Below are positions 1 to 10,287 of a DNA stretch of 64,000 bases, in pieces. Where the stretch lies: positions 24,700,560-24,764,559 of the forward strand of contig NC_134027.1 in assembly GCF_964204645.1 (NCBI RefSeq). The letters run 5' to 3'. Below the pieces are notes generated by a model, which saw only the letters and a program-made list of their open reading frames with translations, ran no database searches and had not been told where the DNA came from. The DNA is from Tubulanus polymorphus. Its lineage: Eukaryota > Animalia > Nemertea. The position numbers and the translations under genes were made by a program. Each line of letters opens with the position of its first letter. Position 1 is the stretch's first letter.

Positions 1-380
1 TGGGCCAAATCTTCTCTAGTGCGATCGTGACGTGAAGGGATCGAAACGCGCTCAGCCCGGTCTTATCTCGATTGTCGCGGAACACGGAGCTGTCTCAACG
101 AGTTTGACGAATAGCGAACGCGACTAGAAGAAAAGAGAATATGGATTCCGAAGAGATACGAATGATGGCAGACGGCGTTTGTCTTCGTCGATGTCAAGAT
201 GAATGTAAAATCGAGTGGATTTTTCGTTACCGCGCATTTCACCGTTAGACAACTGCCTCGCTCGCCGCCAATTCAAATTCGACAGTAACCAAATACTTAA
301 ACGTGACAAGCAACGTAGATGTAGTTGACATCGGAATTCGCAATAAAAAATAAGTTTGACATAACTAGTTGAAAGCTCAT

Positions 381-870
381 TACAACAAACTTCAGGAGAC
401 CAGAAAATCTGTTCGTTATAACTGATAGTTCACTGTTATATCCAATATGAAATTACAAGAGAACCTCGTTACAAAGAACTTCAGGAGAACAGAAAATCTG
501 TTCGTTATAACTGATAGTTCACTGTTATATCCAGTATGAAATTACAGTAGAACCTCGTTACAACGAACTTCAGGAGACCAGAAAATCTGTTCGTTATGAC
601 CGATAGTTGACTGTTATATCCAGAAAGAAATTACAGCGGAACCTCGTTACAACGAACTTCAGGAGACCAGAAAATCTGTTCGTTATTACTGATAGTTCAC
701 TGTTATATCCAGTATGAAATAACAGTGGAACCTCGTTACAACGAACTTCAGGAGACCAGAAAATCTGTTCGTTATAACTGATAGTTCACTGTTATATCCA
801 ATATGAAATTACAAGAGAACCTCCTTACAAAGAACTTCAGGAGAACAGAAATCTGTTCGTTATAACCGAT
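381..870. repeat. Tandem array, 89-bp unit, about 5.5 copies, built on a Tigger/pogo-like MITE terminus
   Basis: GAACCTCGTTACAACGAACTTCAGGAGACCAGAAAATCTG recurs at 461, 550, 639 and onward. The unit contains TA|CAGTAGAACCTCGTTACAACGAAC, which resembles a Tc1/mariner-pogo terminal inverted repeat (TIR) after a TA target. Confidence 0.9.
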
Positions 871-1716
871 AGTATACCGAATATAGAGGGCGAACACGTC
901 GCGATTTGATAAAACGTGTTTACATCAAATATTAATGATACACAACGCACGGCGCGACCAATCAATACGACTCTACCTGGCATTAAATAATAGTTTACTG
1001 TCGGTAGATTGAGACCTAACGACGAAGCCCGCAGCGAGCTGGTGAAAGAGCGAGAGCGAGAGAAGACAGTTCTCGCTTAGTTTCTACGGTAACAGTGACA
1101 ATAATAATTGCGGAATCGCGACTAGGGCGTAGTATTTAGCGTTGCGGCTACGGAGACGTTGGAACTCGCCGAGTGAACGCAGCTTGAAGCGTTCACACAT
1201 ACACACATGATTCATTCCAGCGAGCAGACGTCAGTCGCACTACTAGAGATTTCGGCCGCGCGTACGTTCGGTATCGAAGCGAATGTATCTAGATACCGAT
1301 GATAGTGCGTAAACAGTCATTAGTGGCGTGTATCCGGATAAACCATTCTCACGAAGGTAATTGATATGTAATATTCCGATAATTGAATTAGTAAATAATA
1401 CGTGGTAATTTCGAGGTGAATTCTTGCTGTAGATGGAAAATGATGAATTATTCAGAGGTTTTTTTTCTATACATGTATCACTAAAATTCCTTGTTTGAAA
1501 TTTCCCTTGAATTCAATCACGAGACTCAGCGGTGACTGTTTCTTTTCACTCTCCGAGCCAGTCTGACGATCTTGGCCCTATTTTCTGAAAAACTTGACTT
1601 TCATTTTCAACGATTTTCGAACATCCTCCATTTTCATGCAAAAGGTTCTATCCTAAATCGGCCGAGTTTGAATTGTTGTCCTCGCAGAGTAATCAACAGC
1701 AAAATTTTTTGTTTAA

Positions 1717-1990
1717 CCCTTTCCGTGCTGACTAATTAATACCCTATAGTGCTGGAGATAATTTGAAAATTTTTGAAAGTTCCACCCTAGTGTGTTGAAT
1801 AACGGGAATACCACTAAAGTGCGTTGTGTATCGTTAGTTACTAATATTTCACTATGTTTGACATGTGCTGCCATCTTTCAATAGAAATAATTACTAATTA
1901 CTAATTACACCAATACACCGCAGTACGGTGTACTAGCAAAATCTATCACTGATTAATACACCGCACTGCGGTGTAGACGCACTGAAAGGG
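1717..1990 (+). mobile_element. piggyBac-like MITE (family A), copy 1
   Basis: TTAA|CCCTTTC...GAAAGGG|TTAA termini with a TTAA target-site duplication (TSD); internal sequence shared with other copies. Confidence 0.85.
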
Positions 1991-2830
1991 TTAACATTAT
2001 CATTGCATTAGAGCTTTTCACGATTCTGCGACTTGTCGAAAGTTCAGCAGTGGTCTTGGTCATAACCCATAATAGCACTCAGTCAGTACGTGTCCATTAC
2101 TCCTCAGAAAATTCAAGGGAAAATCCACATTTCAGTTACGGAGTAGCTAATTTGAGCCACCAAAATCATGACCTGCCCCACCCCCCCGAAATTCACCGGT
2201 GAATTTACTTGGTGAGTGTTCGAATCTGTCATGTCCATATCTCCAAATAATCGAAAATTTCAAATAGGAAGATGTTGATTTCAGTACAGAATTTTGACAT
2301 CTTGGGTGGTGTCTAGTTTACCCTAAGCTAATGGGTTCTAACCCCACTGTAAGTGCTAATAGGCAAGGCAGATGCAGGCAGTTTGAGGGGTAATAGGCAA
2401 GGCAGATGCGGGCAGTTTGAATGCTAAAATCGATAAATTTCGGCTTGAATTTTCAATCGAAAAATTTGCGTCGTGATAAAAAGCAGTTTTTTTTTCGATA
2501 ATCCGGCCGTTGAAATAAAGATACTGATCACAGCGCTCCGAACTCTCGAAGATATCGAAAATATTCTCGCGCCGAGACACGACGACATCAATCATTCAGA
2601 AATGATGAGACCCGAGGCTCGTTCGCCGCACACAGATTAACTATGAATATTTAAAAGCGAAATGTTGTCTAACGTTTCACCGATGATGACGACGACGAGA
2701 AGGAAGAGGAGGAGATCAATGTGCGCTTAAATCCCATCTATAAATACTAGGAGAACGGATGGAATCATCTCTACTGAACGTGAGATATCGTTATCCAGGG
2801 TCTCCGCCTCCCGTCTAACGTTCTCACCCA

Positions 2831-3480
2831 CATTGCTCCCGCGCAGAGAATAGAACCTGATGGCATCATGAGACTATGATAGAGTCTCATTAGGAGTCTC
2901 ATAATGTCATCAGGTTCAAACCCCTACGAGGGAGGAACATGGCAGAGTCTCATGATGCCATCAAGTTCAAACCCCTGCAAGAGAGGAACGTGACTGAGTC
3001 TCACAATGCCATCAGATTCAAATCCCTGCAAGAGAGGAACATGGCTGAGTCTCATGATGCCATCAAGTTCAAACCCCTGCAAGAGAGGAACATGGCAGAG
3101 TCTCGTGATGCCATCAAGTTCAAACCCCTGCAAGAGAGGAACGTGACTGAGTCTCACGATGCCATTAGATTCAAATCCCTGCAAGGGAGGAACATGGCAG
3201 AGTCTCATGATGCCATCAAGTTCAACCCCCTGCAAGGGAGATCCCATGGCAGAGTCTCATGATGCCATCAGGTTCAACCCCCTGCAAGGGAGATCCCATG
3301 GCAGAGTCCCATGATGCCATCAGGTTCAAATCCCTGCAAGGGAGGAACATGGCAGAGTCTCATGATGCCATCAGATTCAAATCCCTGCAAGGGAGATCCC
3401 ATGGCAGAGTCTCGTGATGCCATCAGATTTGAATCCCCGCTAGGGAGGAACGTGGAAGTCTCAAAATGGGATCAGGTTCG
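2831..3480. repeat. Tandem array, 51-bp unit, about 11 copies, derived from the TIR of a P/hAT-like MITE
   Basis: Unit GAGTCTCATGATGCCATCAAGTTCAAACCCCTGCAAGAGAGGAACATGGCA matches the right TIR of the MITE at 55562-55900; an inverted copy at about 2831-2875 marks the left end. Confidence 0.88.
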
Positions 3481-3893
3481 TGAATAACAGCCAGGAGAAG
3501 ATAGGTACAGAGTGAAACACAGGGAGGGCGATGTTAAAAATTGAGGAGGTAGAGTCAGCATTTTGCACACAAGTTTCGGACAAACACTCGTCGTCTGAAA
3601 GGCCCTAATAGTATCTCGGGAGGTAATTCTTCACTTCGCGAAATCTACCCAACATGAACCGAATTAGCGAATAGATTGAATAATGTTCACGGTTTAACTC
3701 GGTTGTCGATGCTGAATCGAGCAGCCGGGTTTTACGAGACCCCCCCGCGGGAATCGACTGCCGGATTAACGGAGTTAAGAGTTTCGATGATATTGAGTTA
3801 ACTTCGTCGTTCGATCGTCTGTCGTTGTTGATTGTCGACTGTCGCACGAACTCGAGATTATCTGTTAGAGAAAGTGAATTCAAATTCGATTAA

Positions 3894-4180
3894 CCCTTTC
3901 AGTGCTGACTAATCAATACCATATAGTGATGGAGATAATTTTAAAATTTTGAAAAATTTCACCCTAGTGTGTTGAATAACGGGAATAAACTTTAGTGCGT
4001 CTACACCGCGGTGCGGTGCATCGTTAGTTACTAATATTTCACTATGTTTGACAAGTGCTGCCATCTTTCAAGAGAGATAATTACTGATTACTTATTACAT
4101 CAATACACCACAGTGCGGTGTACTGGCAAAATCCATCACCGATTCATACACCGCGCCGCGGTGTAGACGCACTGAAAGGG
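3894..4180 (+). mobile_element. piggyBac-like MITE (family A), copy 2
   Basis: TTAA TSD, CCCTTTCAGTGC/GCACTGAAAGGG TIRs, highly similar to 1717-1990. Confidence 0.88.
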
Positions 4181-6589
4181 TTAAGAGTAGTGTTCCCAGT
4201 TCCCAGATCACTTACTGCATACAGCCCAGGGCCGTACATAGTGGGGGCGGTCGCCCTGAAATTTTGGAAAAGTGCCTTTTTTGCAAATATTACTGTCATA
4301 TCCAATACAAATTTAATGTAGAATCCTTCACTTCGGTATGACAAGCATTTTATTATAGGCCTAACAGAGTTTTTGTTCGGGCCACTAACAAGAATCGTTA
4401 TTGGTCTTTATTACTTTAAGTAACTGCCATTTTTCGGGTTTCACTGCCCCCAGCATTTAAATGCTAGGTGCAGCCCTACAGCCACTTTTGGATCTGTATT
4501 GGGATGGATATTTCCATCAGACCATCATTTTACCGTGTCACAGTACGCGAGGCTTTGAGCAGCGAAAGTAAGCACTTTTTTAGAGTAAAAGCACTTTTTT
4601 AAGGTACGTTAAAGTGCCACTTTTCTGACCACATTCTTGGAGAACTCCTCATAACTGCAACGGGCCAACAGCGACCAGTAGAATCACTACTGTTCGCAGC
4701 GCCCCCCCCTGGGGCAAGCGCACAGCCATAATTGGTTCTCGGTGAACCCGAACCAACACTCAGGGGACCAGCCATAATAAACAGCTGATTCTTAACAAAG
4801 CTTTTAACAGTGTAATCTAAACATTGATTAGTGCTATTTTTACATTATTACATCCCCAGCTCCCCCTCAACTGCCCCCCCCCCTCCGGTCGGATCTATAA
4901 ATTCAATCATATTCCTCCCAGCCGTATCATCGTAATATTCAATATCATAAGCCTCGAATATCTCCAAAATTAGAAAGACCGATATCATCACCGGCGGTTT
5001 ATATCATCACTATTCTATAAATACCGTCGTTGTCGTACCGCGAGTGAGTGAGTGGCTCTCTCACTGGTTTCTATTTACGGTAACTCACAAGTGGCTATTT
5101 CTGGCTAATGACGTTAATGCAATTAATTGATTTTAATTAAAACGCCCATACGCGCACGCATACGCAGCAGTATCGAATACTGGAGCTGTCAAAAACAGCG
5201 TCGGGGCAGTCACTGATGGGGCAGCCATTCTAGGAGGGTTCATATCGTCAGTTTAAAACTAAAATACAAAATCAAAACAAAACAAATCAAAACAAATCAG
5301 ATCAAACCTTCCAAGCAGATAAATAACAGGGACAATCCCCATTTTAGATTTAAGAAGAAAAAAACAAAATACAACCACAACCACAAGCGAGATTGTGCAA
5401 TAGTCACGTTCATAATGTGTCAGCCTAATTAGAACATTCTAAAGCTAAGTCTGTTTCAATTTCGAAAGGACCGAGAGTTCACGCTAGCGAAGAGTCTGTT
5501 CGAAATTCAGTCAGTCCCATTTTAGAATGGACCATTTCTATATGTGCGTGAATAGAAACTATGATTCTATTTCCGATCAATCGCAGTCGTGCGTCTAGCC
5601 GGACCAGCGATAACAGCTTAATATAAAAACATGCGCGGACACGCAGCATTTACTCAGTCCATTTCGGTGCGTTCCAGGTACAAACAAGAACGGCCTAATT
5701 AACGGTGGCGTGAATGCTTACGACATCGATGATTAGTAAATGGAAAATGCTTACAAATGAAGCTTACGTAGAACTTACATTAGGCTCGAGTTATTCAGTT
5801 TTATTGATGTTTAATCGTACTGCTGAACTCAATGGAGTGGAGCTGGTTATATCGCGGGGTGATGGGGCAAAATGAGAACGTAGGTCACGTAGGTCCATTA
5901 AAAACATGTGTTTTTATATCGATCGGCAGTTCCTCGTCCCCGTTATCTCGCACGCCGATCAAACTGTATTAGTCATCATCGGTGAGTAAATATAGTGGGT
6001 ACCTCACATCACCTCGTCAAAACGCTGAAACGGGAGAGGCAGTGTTCACGACAACTAAGAGGGGCGACCACCCCTTTCATTTTTACGTCCACCCCTCGGA
6101 AAGTCAGCCACCCCATATGAAATATCTGGTGCCTCCACCAGAGTGGATGTCAATATTCTATCAACTCTGATAATTGCTTTGAAATATATTGAACGAATGT
6201 TAAAAATAGAAGATGTACTGTACTTTTGGGGGGGATTGAAAGCCTTGCTACTTCAGCAGCTACGATGTCATTACTTAACAAAATTCCAACATATATGGAG
6301 AAAACTGAGGGGGAGTGAGAGGAGCTAAATTTTCCTGGTCTCGGCTGATTGGGTACCAGCCGGGCGACTCTTGATTCTCATTTCGGGATATTCTAGCATT
6401 GGGATAAATATGCAAAAATTATGGTGGAGTAAGACTTCTGTTAAATTGAATCCATTCGAGTTGAATTATCACGACACAAGGAAGGATACACAGCTTGCAT
6501 GCATGAAAGATACCTTTAAGTTGATTCAGTGATAATTGAAATTCAGAAGATTATTGAACCATGCAACTACTTTTAATCAACCTGGGGAA

Positions 6590-6910
6590 TCCTTATTGCT
6601 GCAGTAGTTGATGTCCTACTACACAGCAGCGACACCCATTGGATCCTCACTTGCCACAATCGTATATTGATACAGGAGATGATGTCCTACTGCACAGCAG
6701 CGACACCTAGTGCATCCACGCTTGCCACAATCGTATATTGCTGCAGTAGTTAATGTCCTATTGCACACTAGTGACACCTGATGGAACCTCTATTGCCACA
6801 GTAGTTAATATCCTACTGAACCCTAGCGACACCTCATGGAACCTCTATTGCCACAGTAGTTGATATCCTATTGAACACTAGCGACACCTGTTGGATCCTA
6901 TATTGACTTA
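6590..6910. repeat. Degenerate intronic tandem repeat
   Basis: Recurrent CAGTAGTTGATGTCCTACTGCACAGCAGCGACACC-like units, about 50-75 bp apart. Confidence 0.7.
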
Positions 6911-6974
6911 ATGATCAACTTTCTGCTTTATTTTCAGACCGACTAAGACTGCCTGTCGGAGGATAAACAACAAA

Positions 6975-8018
6975 ATGCCTTCACCGAATTCGAATAAAAA
7001 CGCAACAACAATGACCACACTCGCCGCTGTCGTCAACGACGACGTGCAGGCACGACCGAAAATTCTACCGAATATGATGCTCGGAATACGAGTCGACCAT
7101 CTATCGTACATATTGTTGGGCGTCGCCGTGGTAGCGCCGTTGATCTTCATCGCGTTGGTCGTCGTGAGCATGCGCTGCTACAAGAGGCGCAAACGTAAAA
7201 AACTCGACGACTACCGGCGAAGCTACGAGCAGACGCGGTCGGCAGACGACCCGCACGGCAGACGACAAGCGAACCCCGCGAGCAGACGCTGGAATAAACA
7301 CGACACGGTCGTCTACGGAAATCCGGTTCTAGTTTCGAACGAAGAATTCGAACGAAATGACGCGGAGCTTAAAGACGGCAGCACCGTCATAGCAAACACG
7401 GCTGCAACCGAGGACGAGGAGGCCGGACGACAAAAAGATCATCAGCGTCCTCATCATCCGGAAACTAGAGGACAAATTTACAGCAAAACGAACCCGAACG
7501 TTTATTTCACGGTAACGAACATACCCGATATTCCTGTGACGTCGAATCCCGATTCGAAACGCGATTTTTCGTCCGACGCAAAATATCCGCCGTCGCCGTC
7601 GGGAAATTCGGACGTTAACGGGAACGATATCGATTCCTCGCGGACACCGGCGGTCGTCTCGTTCGGTGGCTCGCTTCCTCGTAACGTCGACGGTCGACGT
7701 CCGCGAATCGGCGACAACGTCGACGCGGAAATATTCCTATGCGTTCCGATGACGTCCGTCCCGCTGCATCGAAACGCGACGCTCGATCGCGGCGTCGTCG
7801 CCGACTTCAACAACGCGTTAAACGACGATAATTTGAGTTTTAACGACTATCTGAGCGGGAACGAGGAACGCGAACGCCTCGTCGCGACGAACAACAACGA
7901 CGACGAATCGACGCCGAGAAACAATCCGTCGCCGCCGTCCGACGATAAACGAACGACCGAATCGAAAACACCGATTTCGTGGCTTTACGGTTCGTTTTTG
8001 AACAAAAGTTTTTCGTAA
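6975..8018 (+). CDS. Orphan single-pass (type III-like) membrane protein, 347 aa, with a long low-complexity cytoplasmic tail
   Basis: Long ORF with CpG-rich exon-like codon usage. Hydrophobic segment YILLGVAVVAPLIFIALVVVSM is followed by basic RCYKRRKRKK. Splice acceptor ttttcag ends at 6937; AAA-ATG start context; AATAAA signals near 8567-8592. Upstream exons (donors at about 1356 and 5981) are probable but unproven. Confidence 0.75.
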   Translation: MPSPNSNKNATTMTTLAAVVNDDVQARPKILPNMMLGIRVDHLSYILLGVAVVAPLIFIALVVVSMRCYKRRKRKKLDDYRRSYEQTRSADDPHGRRQANPASRRWNKHDTVVYGNPVLVSNEEFERNDAELKDGSTVIANTAATEDEEAGRQKDHQRPHHPETRGQIYSKTNPNVYFTVTNIPDIPVTSNPDSKRDFSSDAKYPPSPSGNSDVNGNDIDSSRTPAVVSFGGSLPRNVDGRRPRIGDNVDAEIFLCVPMTSVPLHRNATLDRGVVADFNNALNDDNLSFNDYLSGNEERERLVATNNNDDESTPRNNPSPPSDDKRTTESKTPISWLYGSFLNKSFS

Positions 8019-8679
8019 ACGGAGCATTTAAAACGAAGTGACGATCAATGAATGACACGTTGAGAAGATCGCAGTTCGACGGACGAAGAAATCTTGCTCA
8101 AAAATACGAGACGAATGAACTTGTATAAGACTGCAGTCTTGTCAGATTAGCCATAGACCCCAGGCACGGTTCTAGGGGGTCTTTTACAGGTCTTCTGGAA
8201 TACTCTCAGAATTTTTAAGTTCCCTCAAAAAATCTTGCTTGCTAGCAAAACAATTTCATGACTCAGAATACAGGAAATGGCTTCAAATTAATGCTGGAAT
8301 CTCAAAATTTTTCGGGGGGGGGGGGGGGGGGGGGCCTCAGACCCCCCGAAGGGCTTTGCGCTCGGTGTGTTATCAGTATGTTGCCTTTTTCTTTTAGGTG
8401 TACCCCTAGATTTCTGAGAAGACCCTCAGATTTAACCCCTAGATCCACGCCTGGACCCGATCCTAGCATGAGGGGGGAGGGGGGAAATTGAGGGGGTGTA
8501 TTTATCGAACATTCGTGACCGTATATACGTGTTATTTCTAATATCTGTTACCTTTATCCGTTTGTCAATAAAAACCAATACAGTAATAATAAACAAAAAA
8601 CTAGCTTCACCGGGACTCTAGTTTTTAAGTAACGTTATTCATTAATTTATATACGACGATCGAAGGCATATTCAGCTCT

Positions 8680-9034
8680 AAACAACCATAGAAGCGAACG
8701 TTTTCGGGATCATATCCCCTCATCAGGTGAAATACAAGTGAAACAAATGATTAAACTACAGGTTTATATACAACATAAGTTACAAAATTACAAGTGCTAA
8801 ATTCTAAGCTAATTACAAACCAAGTATTAATTACAAACTAATTATTTGAATACATTTAGGATAAAGGATGAGCCGTTTTGGAATAATTGTTGATTTAAAG
8901 AGGGTCGTTGCGCTTTAATAAACAGGGCCGAAAACGTTCGTGTTAATAAACTGTATTTACTCATTAGAAAATGAGGTTTTTAATGTTATCGCTTCTATGG
9001 TTATTCGGATATTTGAACTCTCTTCCTAAGATAT
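8680..9034 (-). mobile_element. Truncated, internally inverted Penelope-like retroelement
   Basis: Minus strand about 8928-8842 reads ALFIKAQRPSLNQQLFQNGSSFILNVFK*, resembling a GIY-YIG endonuclease C-terminus. It is followed by a hammerhead core and flanked by the direct repeat ATATTCAGCTCT (8668-8679 and 9035-9046). Confidence 0.75.
8696..8731 (-). ncRNA. Minimal type I hammerhead ribozyme core (Penelope-type), helix I disrupted
   Basis: Minus strand reads CAC-CUGAUGA-G-GGGAU-AUG-AUCCC-GAAA-ACGU-UC; the helix I partner (GUG) is displaced to the plus-strand segment at 8930-8942. Confidence 0.6.
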
Positions 9035-10287
9035 ATATTCAGCTCTCCCCGATGTGAATGATTTTCAGCGAACATCCCTCACAAAGCATCGCGAGAAGAA
9101 ACGTTAGAGATATTTCGGATAGGCCTATATGAAACCGAACCCACGGTCAAAAGAAAAACAGAGAGTATAACATAGGGCCAGCATGTATCATTTAACTGAT
9201 ATTGTGGGTGAAATGCTCGCGTCAATCATGAGGGTTTGACGTATGTCCAAATGTGGTCTTAAATCTTAAGACTGGTGTGATGTTATTAGGATCGCGATAG
9301 ATTGAGATCCTCGGTTCTTGACTGTTCTAAGATCTACGCGTTAACCGCAAAACTGGCCTCCCGAGTATTCATTTGAACAATGGGTTATCAAATCACAGTT
9401 AGTTATATAGCAAGTAAATATTCTAGTTTTCTGTCTTATGATTGCGGCTCCGGTTTCATAGAAGGACACAAGAGACAAAATTGAAAAAGCGTGATATATT
9501 TCTGTTGAAGGACGGGAGCGCGCCGAGTGTCCTTGATGGTTCGTTAGCTCTTCCCACACTCATCGCAGGAGACACTCGCCGACTCCTACCCGTAATTCCG
9601 GATCTGATTCTGATTACGGTTCGATGACGTCAACGTCTCCGCACGGGGGAGTGATCGCTTTAATAACAACTAGGTAATTACCGCACCGATGCTAATTAGC
9701 TAATAACGAGATAATTAACTACTGCCGATGAAAGCATCGGTCTTCTATTTCAGTCATTATTTCGTAAAATACCCAGCATCCTCCCTCGAACTGGATCACA
9801 TCATTAGACTCTGCCACAGCACTAAACCAACCCCTGGCCGAATAAGCATGTACTTACGCATTACAGGGACAACACTTTCCAACCATTTAAAAATACCCTT
9901 TTTTTCATGCGATGAATCAGAGTTCCATGGGTGGATCAGAGAAATTTCCGAATACTTAGATACATCACTTTGAATAAGATAAAAAGTTTTAGAGGCTAAA
10001 TCTTAAGAATTTAAGGGGGCATCTGAGCCAAAGGGTAGAATTCAGAATTCAAGGGTTTTTGTGGGACCATTCAAAGGTAATGCCACACGCTATAGAGGCG
10101 GCCATTGCTTATAAATGGGTTTTTATACAGCGCAATTATGTCATCGTAGACATTCTCAAGGGTTGAATCGAAATCCACGATTTTGAAGGCACAGTATCAA
10201 AATTACGTAAAACTAACAGACGCAAAACATACACCAATCAGCCATCTATCTGTCGAATAAGGAACTACAGAGAAATTCACTACTTAC

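Noticed and set aside
2924-3262. Repetitive 107-aa ORFs on both strands
   Set aside because: By-product of a 51-bp (3n) tandem repeat derived from a MITE TIR; no splice or codon evidence.
7101-8058. Several minus-strand ORFs
   Set aside because: Antisense shadows of the GC-rich plus-strand CDS.
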